The notes under the pieces were generated by a model. That model worked only from the letters and a program-made list of their open reading frames with translations, made no database searches and had not been told where the DNA came from. Made by a program: the position numbers and the translations under genes. A stretch of DNA of 64,000 bases from a virus (lineage: Duplodnaviria > Caudoviricetes): the IMG/VR virus record IMGVR_UViG_3300043450_000376. One strand, 5' to 3'. How positions within the stretch are numbered: position 1 is the stretch's first letter; the number at the start of each line of letters is the position of its first letter. Of this stretch, positions 8,931 to 17,364 are shown piece after piece.

Positions 8931-10052
8931 ATGTTATCACAAGCACAATTTAACGAGGCAAAATTAGCCGCAATCAACACTGAACCGCTGACTAAACCCG
9001 TAATGCTAAGTGAGATCAAATTGAGTGACAATTCACAGAAGGATGGCTTCATCCACTTGAATGACTCAAGGGTCCCAGCTAGCGGCGCGTTTTTTAAACA
9101 GCTGGCTTCCCTACTTAACATCAACCAAACCTTAAACTCTAAGTTTGAGAAGAATGGTGATGCTGCAATCGGTAATAAACTTATCGGCGCAGTCAAGCAC
9201 TACACAGAGAACCGAGGTGGAGATGTTCCCCTAATGATGGTTGCAAATCGTGATCATCGCGAAATTACAGGTATCGTAAAGGCAGACAAGTTTGCACGTA
9301 TCTCTAATGAGACTCTATTTAAAACTGCAGAAGGAATCCTTAACGAGGTACCGGACATGCATATTGAGTCTATTGACAATGGTAACGGCACCAGTCGTAT
9401 TAACTTGATCCATACCAGTGAGGTAGGTTTTGAGCGTATCGGCCCAGACGAAGTATTCCGTTTCGGAGTTTCATTAGTGAACAGCCCTACACAAACTCAA
9501 GTAGATGATTTCTTCTACAGATTAGTATGTGCTAATGGCGCAGTTGCTAAAGACATGACAGCAGCCTTCCAATTAAAACAGGCAAATGCTACAGGTATTG
9601 CCGAGTTATTCCAATCCCTTAAAGCTTATGGTAAAACAGGTTTTGTACCGCGTGCCTTTGCTGAAAGATTAGAACGTGCAACCGGTACACGCGCAAGTTT
9701 GCAAGAGGTACAAAGAGCAGTGGACTCCGTAGTAGGTAACCTTAAACATGAGGATCCGGAAATGAGACGTCGTCTACAGGAAAGCGTAGTGGACAACCAC
9801 TTCCCAATGTATAAGTCTACCATGGCCAGAGTATTTAATGCAGGCCATAACCCAGATTTCTTAACAGACAAGCAAAAGAGTTTCGTTAAGACAGGTATGA
9901 GTGTATGGGATCTTGTCAACGAGTTGACTTGGTTAGGTAGCCATAACACTGTTGAAGAGTATGAAAACCGTGCACGCTTTAAAGCTGCAGGTGGAAGCCT
10001 CTTCGCTAAGAGTAACTATGATTTAGAAGCAGCACAGTTTGCGACTATATAG
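8931..10052 (+). CDS. DUF932-like hypothetical protein
   Basis: RLVCANG motif and helical C-terminus with WDLVNELT. Confidence 0.55.
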   Translation: MLSQAQFNEAKLAAINTEPLTKPVMLSEIKLSDNSQKDGFIHLNDSRVPASGAFFKQLASLLNINQTLNSKFEKNGDAAIGNKLIGAVKHYTENRGGDVPLMMVANRDHREITGIVKADKFARISNETLFKTAEGILNEVPDMHIESIDNGNGTSRINLIHTSEVGFERIGPDEVFRFGVSLVNSPTQTQVDDFFYRLVCANGAVAKDMTAAFQLKQANATGIAELFQSLKAYGKTGFVPRAFAERLERATGTRASLQEVQRAVDSVVGNLKHEDPEMRRRLQESVVDNHFPMYKSTMARVFNAGHNPDFLTDKQKSFVKTGMSVWDLVNELTWLGSHNTVEEYENRARFKAAGGSLFAKSNYDLEAAQFATI

Positions 10053-10076
10053 TTTGATGATTGATTGATTAGGATT

Positions 10077-10101
10077 AGGCCCTCTACAAGAGGGCCTTTT
10101 T
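10077..10101 (+). terminator. intrinsic terminator ending the early region
   Basis: AGGCCCTCT-ACA-AGAGGGCCT-TTTT. Confidence 0.85.
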
Positions 10102-10194
10102 CTTTTAGGATAAAACCGTACTCCGTAGTAGAGTACAAGATCTTGGAGTTCTTATCCAGCTATTTAAATCTAGACCGTTTCAATAGCAAACCCA

Positions 10195-10227
10195 AAGGGA
10201 TCTGCGCAAGCTGATCCCTTCTTTTTT
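10195..10227. terminator. probable bidirectional terminator
   Basis: AAGGGATC/GATCCCTT stem; T-run on plus strand; lies just downstream of the minus-strand ORF 10232-10360. Confidence 0.65.
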
Positions 10228-10231
10228 GGAG

Positions 10232-10360
10232 TCAGCGACCTTGTCCTTGATACTTCTTAGGTTTCTGTTCCTTAGGACCGAAGCTCTTCTTTGCCTTGCC
10301 AACCTTCTTTACAGTAGGACGGAAGGTAGAGCCAGCAGTTGCGCCTTTCTTTGTTGCCAT
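10232..10360 (-). CDS. small basic protein (42 aa, ends KKYQGQGR)
   Basis: Manual translation MATKKGATAGSTFRPTVKKVGKAKKSFGPKEQKPKKYQGQGR; TATAAATA upstream on minus strand at 10385-10392. Confidence 0.7.
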   Translation of the reverse strand: MATKKGATAGSTFRPTVKKVGKAKKSFGPKEQKPKKYQGQGR

Positions 10361-10525
10361 TTCTAGACCGGGTTATTTTGCAATTATTTATAAGTTATAG
10401 GTATAATAGAAATAGGCCCAAAAGCCCGGGCCCATGCCGACGGGGCATAGGTATTTATGGTGACCCCGCTCCGTGGGGATCCCCGGCCCCTGGAGAAATG
10501 CTCCTCTATTAGGGCCGCCAGAAAT

Positions 10526-10582
10526 TGTTAATAACTTTATGCAAAAAGATTGTCAGGAGTCATGGAAAAGTGGTATATTAGC
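10526..10582 (+). promoter_or_regulatory. class I promoter with no convincing downstream ORF
   Basis: TGTTAATAAC at 10526; TATATTAGC at 10574. Confidence 0.6.
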
Positions 10583-10734
10583 TATAGGTAACCGGTTAAG
10601 AACTCCGACCCAGGGCTGGACCCAGCATAAGGATCCAGAAGAGTATACTCCGACCTGCCTCTCTCTAGGGGGCAGGACTAATGTACTACTCTATACAACG
10701 CATTAGTTTTGAACCAGTTAGACAACCCTAAGTG

Positions 10735-11367
10735 CTAGATACCAAGCTCCTTGGCGCTAGCGATTATATCGACCAGCTCCTCCTTGATTTCGTCGATATA
10801 TTCCTGTCGGCCAACCTTCGGCTGGATTATATGTATATCTACACCATGATAAATCAGTACCCGTTCAAGTATATCCCAAGCAAGGAATCTGGCTAGCCTG
10901 TCCGGGGTCTCGATAATCAGGGTGCTGACCTTTTTACGTACAACCAGATCCATAATTCGGTTCAAGCCCGGTGCATTATCATCTAGCCTGTTCGCGCGCC
11001 TAACCTCTTGGATTACCTCATCGACCCTGATACCCCGGGCTGTGCAGTAACCCTGTACCCGGTCTAGCTGGCTACGCAGCCTGCTCGTACTGGATATTCC
11101 GGCTGCCCCAGAGTCTGGAATGGGGCTCGTTCTACAATATATTATTACTAGCCTGTCTTGAGGTACTCTACTCCCTAGTAGATATAGTATCTGGTCTGAG
11201 TCTATATAGACCCTACCATTAACCCGGTTCTTCATAGGTGTTATCTTACCCTGTTCTATATAGCGACCTAGAGTTCGGGTAGTTACACCTAGTCTCTGCG
11301 CGGCTTCGCGACTACTTATTAATTCGCCAGTAGGCAAGGTCTGCGGTATCGTAGGTTCTATCTTCAT
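10735..11367 (-). CDS. IS607-family TnpA-like serine recombinase (MerR-like HTH plus resolvase domain), no TnpB beside it
   Basis: N-terminal REAAQRLGVTTRTL HTH; IYCRTS catalytic motif; LIIETPDRLARF; AGATAAATA upstream at 11375-11383 (minus). Confidence 0.85.
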   Translation of the reverse strand: MKIEPTIPQTLPTGELISSREAAQRLGVTTRTLGRYIEQGKITPMKNRVNGRVYIDSDQILYLLGSRVPQDRLVIIYCRTSPIPDSGAAGISSTSRLRSQLDRVQGYCTARGIRVDEVIQEVRRANRLDDNAPGLNRIMDLVVRKKVSTLIIETPDRLARFLAWDILERVLIYHGVDIHIIQPKVGRQEYIDEIKEELVDIIASAKELGI

Positions 11368-11500
11368 ATAGGGTTATTTATCTAGCCCCATACAGACAGC
11401 CTGGAACCCGGTGTCAGCGGATGTCTACTAGTGTCTACAGTTCCGGGTGGATCGCCCGACCCGAGGATTCCGTTGCGGGCCCCGAGTCGAGAGGCGCACC

Positions 11501-11630
11501 ACTCCGTAGTCCTTAAGTAGGACCAAGTGGGTCAGTCTGGGTCGGCTGGCTGCTGGCACTCCGTAGTCCCGGTATCTAGGCTAGGTGCTGGCTGGGGTCT
11601 AGCCTATATAGGTTACTCCGTAGTCCCGGT
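11501..11630 (+). repeat. three direct repeats ACTCCGTAGTCC(CGGT) at an exact 57-bp period
   Basis: Copies start at 11501, 11558, 11615; spacers differ. Confidence 0.85.
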
Positions 11631-11798
11631 CTGGGCAGGTAGAGTCTATATAGGATTGGTGATAATATAGAGAAGAGTAGACTAGGAGGGTCTTATACCT
11701 AGGGTTAGGCTTGTTCTTTCTATTATTAATATAAGTAGAGAAAGTATCTATAGAAACAGGAGTAGTCTAGATATAGGTAGTATTATTATTGGTAAAGA

Positions 11799-11824
11799 GC
11801 CGCCCCTTTGAGTTTAGAGGCGGC
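11799..11824 (-). terminator. probable terminator of the minus-strand gene
   Basis: GCCGCCCCT/AGAGGCGGC hairpin just downstream of 11844-12458. Confidence 0.55.
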
Positions 11825-11843
11825 AAAATACCTAGACCCGGTT

Positions 11844-12458
11844 TTAGCAGGCAAAATAGCCATGTACCCAGCCGCAATTATTAACCTGTAAGGTTGTACC
11901 GCCAGATGGAATATCAACATCATTAACATGGTACCAGCTACCCCCACCAAGGAAGGGCTGAGTCAAGGACTGGTCTAGCCAGATGCGGTCGACCTGTTGC
12001 CACTCCTCGCGCTGTACCCATACCGTCTGATTATACGGCCCTTGTAGATTACACTGGGTTGAGCTTGGCTGGGTGATCCTGACCTGGATAGCCTCGGGCT
12101 GGGCAATAGTTTCAATCGCTGCAATACCCGACGCGTTGTATTTTATTAGCTGGCTATCAATGCGATACCAGTTACCGTTAATTAAGGTCGCAATCTCTTG
12201 GCTTAGGCCGCTATCTAGATAGAGTCGGGCGCCAACCTCTAGGGTAGGGCTGCTTGGCCATACTTGAGCAAAGCTGCTATTGTTGCCGGCTAGACTCCAC
12301 CAGTCATTAATATCGCCATCGCCTTGTGCGCCAACAAATAGGCTGTCAAATTCATAGCCGTATCGCAATTGTAGAGAGTTGGTACAGGCAACAGTTAGTG
12401 TGGCGGCTGCTCCACCTGCTCGGCGGCCTAATAGGGTATAGTAGTAGTTATGATTCAT
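11844..12458 (-). CDS. hypothetical protein (two similar beta-rich modules; possibly virion-associated)
   Basis: ORF track; internal similarity VWPSS..LYLDSGLSQ / VWVQR..IWLDQSLTQ. Confidence 0.7.
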   Translation of the reverse strand: MNHNYYYTLLGRRAGGAAATLTVACTNSLQLRYGYEFDSLFVGAQGDGDINDWWSLAGNNSSFAQVWPSSPTLEVGARLYLDSGLSQEIATLINGNWYRIDSQLIKYNASGIAAIETIAQPEAIQVRITQPSSTQCNLQGPYNQTVWVQREEWQQVDRIWLDQSLTQPFLGGGSWYHVNDVDIPSGGTTLQVNNCGWVHGYFAC

Positions 12459-12494
12459 AGGTATAGAGACTTTGTTATAGCTATTTATTATCCG

Positions 12495-12502
12495 GATAAA
12501 TA
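12495..12502 (+). promoter_or_regulatory. class III promoter GATAAATA
   Basis: Upstream of gene 12526. Confidence 0.6.
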
Positions 12503-12525
12503 ATAAGAAAAGAGTTCTACTCTAT

Positions 12526-12948
12526 ATGAAGGCAAAATCATTTAGTCAATTTATTACCGAAGACCACAACGATGATGCACAACAACATCAGGTTTATCGC
12601 AGACTACAGGGGCTTGGACTTGCTGACTCTCCACTTGAAGGATTGGAGAAGATGTTGATACAGCGCCGCTGGAAATGGGAAAAGGTTGATAGCGACCGCA
12701 CCTTTGCAATTGAGCTAACCCGATGGGAAGCTGAGTCGACCTATCTGTCGCGAATGGGTGCGCGCCACCAAAAGAAATATCCTAATGTCTACTATTTTAG
12801 TGTAACTGATCTAGGTGCCGAGCCCAATCAGGTTCGAATCCTGTGGTATTCAAGTAAAGACTCTGTTAAGGAGGTGCAGGTTGCCGCAGAGCCAGAGGTA
12901 ATAGTACGCAAGATTGAACAATTATTTGGTGAACGCAGTGCAGATTAA
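12526..12948 (+). CDS. hypothetical protein with T4-like capsid-targeting N-terminus
   Basis: MKAKSFSQFITE versus T4 internal protein MKTYQEFIAE. Confidence 0.7.
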   Translation: MKAKSFSQFITEDHNDDAQQHQVYRRLQGLGLADSPLEGLEKMLIQRRWKWEKVDSDRTFAIELTRWEAESTYLSRMGARHQKKYPNVYYFSVTDLGAEPNQVRILWYSSKDSVKEVQVAAEPEVIVRKIEQLFGERSAD

Positions 12949-13375
12949 CAGAGCCAACATATCAGAAGCATTTTCATTTGGGGCATGGCAGCGACTACAG
13001 GATCTGGGCCTAAGCGAAGAAGGTATTGTTGCAAAGCGTATTGAACTATATCGCAAGCTGGTAAGTCAGGTTGTAGATCCAGAAGAATTTAAAAGGGTTC
13101 TAGTTGAACTTGGTCTCGCTATTATTAAGGTTAACGTTACCCGCAATAAAGGCTATGCTATGCACCAATCGGTTGCCATTGCTGGGCCAGAAGAGGCGTT
13201 TGAAGAATTAGATAGGTGGTGGCATAGTCAAACTGGTCGAGACTGTCCACTATACCTGCACCTTGAGCCTCACCATGCAAATAGCCCGCTGGTTAGGGAT
13301 CGTTGGGAAAGGGCAGTTTCAAGCGGAACCCCATTTACAGTTGGTGCGCTTAGCGACCATGCTGCAAAATTATAA
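12914..13375 (+). CDS. hypothetical protein, N-terminally similar to the upstream gene
   Basis: WQRLQDLGLSE versus YRRLQGLGLAD. Confidence 0.65.
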   Translation: MNNYLVNAVQINRANISEAFSFGAWQRLQDLGLSEEGIVAKRIELYRKLVSQVVDPEEFKRVLVELGLAIIKVNVTRNKGYAMHQSVAIAGPEEAFEELDRWWHSQTGRDCPLYLHLEPHHANSPLVRDRWERAVSSGTPFTVGALSDHAAKL

Positions 13376-13384
13376 TTAAGTACT

Positions 13385-14260
13385 ATGAAAAAATTAATAC
13401 TATTAACCCTATTGGTCCTAACCTGCTTTACTGCCACTTCACAAGTTGCGCAAGATACGGTTAAGCTTACTCCGCAAGAACTATTTGAATTTAATTCAGA
13501 GTGGTTGAGCTTGGGCACAACACAGTCCTATATTGATTTTTCAAAGGATGTCCTAAATACATCAGATCTTTCGCTTGGTATAGTTGGTCGTAAGGTTTCA
13601 ACTACCCTCAACTTGACCCTTAACAGGGCGTCAACTAGTGGTAAGTGGAGCCATGCTGGTATACTATCCATAAATCCAGGTTGGAAATATTATGGTGTAG
13701 GTTATGGCCTTACCCGAAAGCGGGCCAATCGCAGCACAACTTTACAAGTAGTTGGTTCGGCCGACTTTGATTTTCAGAAAAATATTAACATTTCGCTAAT
13801 CGATATGGTTAAAACCCGCCGCTTTGGTAACTTTGGTTATAACCTAACTGCAAGCCAAACCTGGTGGGGTGAGTGGCAAGGCCCATGGCAAGGTGAATAC
13901 ACAGTAGATTCGCTAGGCAATTGGGTTGCTAACATCTATCCAACGATGCCACCTTCTAGACAGCTAACAACCCGTGCGATGATTGTCTATTCCTATCCGG
14001 TTAAATTAAGACGGGTTACCCTTTCACCACAACTTATTTTAGTTAGTGATATTCATAAATCATTTAGTGATGGTACTCTTAATATTAGTTATCTAGCAGA
14101 TTTTAACATTGATGCCTATTATGGGGTACAGGCTGACTGGAAAATAGGCAAGCACTTTATCCTAAATAGCGGTCTTAGATTTAATAGCACAATTGAAAAA
14201 AACAGTCAAGATTTTAAAAAGAGTAATCCAATTCTTTTTTCAATCGGCACCGGCTTCTAG
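13385..14260 (+). CDS. exported protein, probable outer-membrane beta-barrel
   Basis: Signal peptide; alternating beta-strand pattern; C-terminal Phe (IGTGF). Confidence 0.6.
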   Translation: MKKLILLTLLVLTCFTATSQVAQDTVKLTPQELFEFNSEWLSLGTTQSYIDFSKDVLNTSDLSLGIVGRKVSTTLNLTLNRASTSGKWSHAGILSINPGWKYYGVGYGLTRKRANRSTTLQVVGSADFDFQKNINISLIDMVKTRRFGNFGYNLTASQTWWGEWQGPWQGEYTVDSLGNWVANIYPTMPPSRQLTTRAMIVYSYPVKLRRVTLSPQLILVSDIHKSFSDGTLNISYLADFNIDAYYGVQADWKIGKHFILNSGLRFNSTIEKNSQDFKKSNPILFSIGTGF

Positions 14261-14269
14261 AAATAAATA

Positions 14270-14614
14270 ATGTATATGAAACACGTATCAAACTTTGGAG
14301 GCTGGAAAGCCGAAAATAATATTAATGAAAGCTTGATTCTTACTATTCAAGCTGGTATTGTACTTGGTCTACTTGGTATAAAGGGCCTTATGATGATTGT
14401 ACGCAAGGTTGCGCAAAAGGTTGGTGAAGGGGTTGAACTGCCTAAAGCTGAACTAAAATCCCTAGTTGATGACATTATCTCCGATATTAAAAAGGCAGAT
14501 AAGGGTAACTCATCATTTGCTGAATTAGAACGCGAACTAAAAAAGAGGATTGATGGTGGTGAAATTACCAAAGCCAAAGATATTATTCCTGTAATTAAAG
14601 AATTTACTAAATGA
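14270..14614 (+). CDS. single-TM hypothetical protein with capsid-targeting-like N-terminus
   Basis: MKHVSNFGGWKAENNINE followed by a hydrophobic helix. Confidence 0.65.
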   Translation: MYMKHVSNFGGWKAENNINESLILTIQAGIVLGLLGIKGLMMIVRKVAQKVGEGVELPKAELKSLVDDIISDIKKADKGNSSFAELERELKKRIDGGEITKAKDIIPVIKEFTK

Positions 14615-15444
14615 AACACTTAATGCTCTATGAAGAGTGGTGTGCAGCTGGTAAGTTAGACACCGATTCATATCAAATAGACGAACAGCTTTCTGATATC
14701 CTACATTTTGTTGGTGATGTTGCAGCTGCCGTGGCCGATGTAGTCGTACCTGGTTCGGGCGCTGTACTTGATGTTATTAATATGCTTTCCTATTGGGTGC
14801 AGGCTCATCTAGCAACAGACGGTCTTGACAAAACCAAATACATACTTAGTGGTATAATTCAGGCATTTGCTATATTTGATCCAATTAATGCGCTTAGTAC
14901 AATACTTAAAACTGGTCTTAACAAGGTAATTGCCGCAATCGCAACCAAGAGCCCAGCCACACTTGCTGCCGCCAGGATTGCAGCACGCCAAGTTGCAGAT
15001 GGCCTAACTACACTGCTAGGAGCCTTAACTGGCTTTGCAACCAAAATGATAACTGGGCTAAGTGGTTCAAAATTTGGCTCAGCTGTTGCATGGCTAAGTA
15101 CAAAATTAGGCATGACTAATGTACTTGCCTGGCTAAAGACTTTTATTACCCAAACTGCGCCAACTTATATTAAACAGTTTCTAACCCGAATCCGCGATAC
15201 ATTTAATCCAGCTCAAGCTGGTGCAAATACTGCTGCAACTGAATTTAATCAGGTACTAAGCCGAAATATTGCAAAGACAGTTGTTAACTATGGTGCAGCT
15301 AATGCTATTCACCAAAAGGTATCAACCTTTGCTCAAAACTGGAATAGTTCAATCCAAAATATTAAGAACTATCCAGATCCAAGAATTATGGCTAGGGACA
15401 ATACTTATGTTGCTCAAAACCACAGACTACCTGGTTTAAACTAG
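14611..15444 (+). CDS. hydrophobic helical protein with capsid-targeting-like N-terminus
   Basis: MKHLMLYEEW; long Ala/Gly/Leu-rich helices. Confidence 0.7.
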   Translation: MKHLMLYEEWCAAGKLDTDSYQIDEQLSDILHFVGDVAAAVADVVVPGSGAVLDVINMLSYWVQAHLATDGLDKTKYILSGIIQAFAIFDPINALSTILKTGLNKVIAAIATKSPATLAAARIAARQVADGLTTLLGALTGFATKMITGLSGSKFGSAVAWLSTKLGMTNVLAWLKTFITQTAPTYIKQFLTRIRDTFNPAQAGANTAATEFNQVLSRNIAKTVVNYGAANAIHQKVSTFAQNWNSSIQNIKNYPDPRIMARDNTYVAQNHRLPGLN

Positions 15445-15474
15445 ACTTAATCCAAATTCATGGTATCTAGTACA

Positions 15475-15483
15475 AGATAAATA
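15475..15483 (+). promoter_or_regulatory. class III promoter AGATAAATA
   Basis: Upstream of gene 15508. Confidence 0.65.
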
Positions 15484-15507
15484 ATTACAAATAAACATTA
15501 TCTTAAA

Positions 15508-16779
15508 ATGTCTACAATTAAATCATTTGAATCCTTTGTTAATGAAGGTCTAACCAATCAATACCTAACTCAACTTAATGAGGGGTTTGAAAAAGATAGC
15601 TATACATATCGCACAGAATCTACTAATTTAAGACCAATGCAATATTTTGACCAGGTTACCACGGTTTTGCAAACTGGAACTTTAACCAAAGGAAATATTC
15701 CACCGTGGTTGGGTCGATATGGTAATTTTGAAGGAAAATCTGCTAACGAAATTTATCAAGTGTTAATGGCAAAGGAGGCCCTAATTGAAATAGATTTAAT
15801 TATTACAGCTAAGGCTCAAAAAAGTAATACTGCAGAAGAGCTTATCAAATGGAAAGCTGACCCAACTAAGAATTTATTGTATGCAATGGTTTTGCTTGAT
15901 CTAAACTCAAATAATCGTGAATCTTGGCGAAGCTCTCTAGACAAAGGTAGAACCTCTGTAATTGTTTCTGATATTGAAACAAAGAAAAAAATTACTAAAC
16001 CAGGTTCTTCCGTAACTACACCGGGTACACAATCTGCGCCAAATGCAACATCTGTTCCATTTAGTCATTCACAAGATGGTTCTAAAGGAGATGTGTTTGT
16101 AATTAATGAATGGATTTTAAGTGATTCATTTAAATCTGAGCTTGATGCTAGAATTCAAGATATTAAACAAACGGTTGATTTATTAAATCCGCCTTCAGGT
16201 AAGCCTAAAGCATTTTGCTCAAATATTGAAATTGAATCCAGTTGTTCAACCGCTCCAAATGGTACACCAAAATCTTCACCTGGTGCTTCAAAATATGCAG
16301 GAACAAAAATCTCTTTTATGGATTTGTCTAAAGAGCGAGCAAATGCAATTTTAACATATCTTAAAACTGGATTATCTTCAGTTGGAGTTTTAATTGATAC
16401 TGATACTAAAGTTACAATTAAAGCTGATGGTCAAAATGCAGATGGTACAAGCGGACCAGCTTGGAATAGTGTAAAGGGTAATTCAAATGAAGAAAAACTT
16501 GCACAAGTTAAAAAATATCAAATGGCAAAGTTTGATTTTACAATTCTATTTAATGATACAACGGCGTCAATTACTCCATCTGAGGAAACAAAACCCGAAG
16601 GTTCGGTTGTTCCGCCAGAAATGGTTGAAGTACCGGTTGGAGAATACAAATTGACTCTTGCAATTAACACATTTAGATTCCACTTGCCTGAAATTACTTT
16701 ACCTAGAATCAAAATCAGACTTCCTAAATTAGGTAGTGGTCGACGTAATTGGGGTTCAACTAAATGTTATAAATTCTAA
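15508..16779 (+). CDS. capsid-targeted protein with an OmpA/MotB-like domain
   Basis: MSTIKSFESFVNE; P/T linker; IEIESSCS...DLSKERANAILTYL. Confidence 0.65.
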   Translation: MSTIKSFESFVNEGLTNQYLTQLNEGFEKDSYTYRTESTNLRPMQYFDQVTTVLQTGTLTKGNIPPWLGRYGNFEGKSANEIYQVLMAKEALIEIDLIITAKAQKSNTAEELIKWKADPTKNLLYAMVLLDLNSNNRESWRSSLDKGRTSVIVSDIETKKKITKPGSSVTTPGTQSAPNATSVPFSHSQDGSKGDVFVINEWILSDSFKSELDARIQDIKQTVDLLNPPSGKPKAFCSNIEIESSCSTAPNGTPKSSPGASKYAGTKISFMDLSKERANAILTYLKTGLSSVGVLIDTDTKVTIKADGQNADGTSGPAWNSVKGNSNEEKLAQVKKYQMAKFDFTILFNDTTASITPSEETKPEGSVVPPEMVEVPVGEYKLTLAINTFRFHLPEITLPRIKIRLPKLGSGRRNWGSTKCYKF

Positions 16780-16800
16780 TAGCTAAATACTTTATTGTAA

Positions 16801-16829
16801 AAAGCCGGGAAAATCTCTCGGCTTTTTTT
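16801..16829 (+). terminator. intrinsic terminator
   Basis: AAAGCCGGGA/TCTCGGCTTT plus T-run. Confidence 0.8.
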
Positions 16830-16842
16830 GTATATTAGATAT

Positions 16843-17337
16843 ATGAAGAAGTTGCTAATTATAGGAATCTTTGCAATAAGTCCACTTGCAAAAGCACAGG
16901 TAAAAACCGATTCAGTTTATACTGTAATTCGTGAATTGGTTGCTCCATCTACCAAAATAACCAGAACATCAAACCTTGATTCTGCTGCAGCCTTTCACGC
17001 AAATTACCTAATCTCTGGTAAAAAGACTGGCCACTATGAAGAAGAGTGCCCTCTAACCAAAACCCCAATGCGCAGAGCAGAAAAGTTTGGAGATGAAGGA
17101 TTGGGTATCTATGAAGTATGCTGGGCTGGAACCCCAAAGTATGGAAATCTGCCGGCCTCAGTACGATCGGCTATCTATTATTTTAAACTTAGTGATAAAC
17201 ACTGGGATATTATGACCAGAGCAGTTAGTCAATTTACTGAAATCAGATTCGGCTATAGCCGAATTGAAACTAAAGACTGGAGTGTATGCGTTATTATCTA
17301 CTCAACTGGTCCAGAACCGGTTGGATCTAACAGATAA
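16843..17337 (+). CDS. secreted CAP (SCP-like) domain protein
   Basis: Signal peptide; AAAFHANYL...GH...RRAEKFG...EV...SDKHWDIM; ATG start preferred over the TTG at 16828. Confidence 0.65.
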   Translation: MKKLLIIGIFAISPLAKAQVKTDSVYTVIRELVAPSTKITRTSNLDSAAAFHANYLISGKKTGHYEEECPLTKTPMRRAEKFGDEGLGIYEVCWAGTPKYGNLPASVRSAIYYFKLSDKHWDIMTRAVSQFTEIRFGYSRIETKDWSVCVIIYSTGPEPVGSNR

Positions 17338-17340
17338 ATA
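17332..17340 (+). promoter_or_regulatory. class III promoter AGATAAATA
   Basis: Upstream of gene 17365. Confidence 0.65.
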
Positions 17341-17364
17341 ACTACAAACAAACATTAATGTACA

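Noticed and set aside
10473-10706. 77-aa plus-strand ORF in the non-coding island
   Set aside because: GTG start, reads through a promoter motif, atypical residue content.
10735-11367. Complete active IS607 element
   Set aside because: No tnpB next to it and no definable element ends; the gene has a phage-type late promoter.
11501-11630. Mini CRISPR array
   Set aside because: Period is regular, but the repeats are only 12-16 nt, there are three copies, and no cas genes are in the window. Kept as an iteron/recombinase-site candidate instead.
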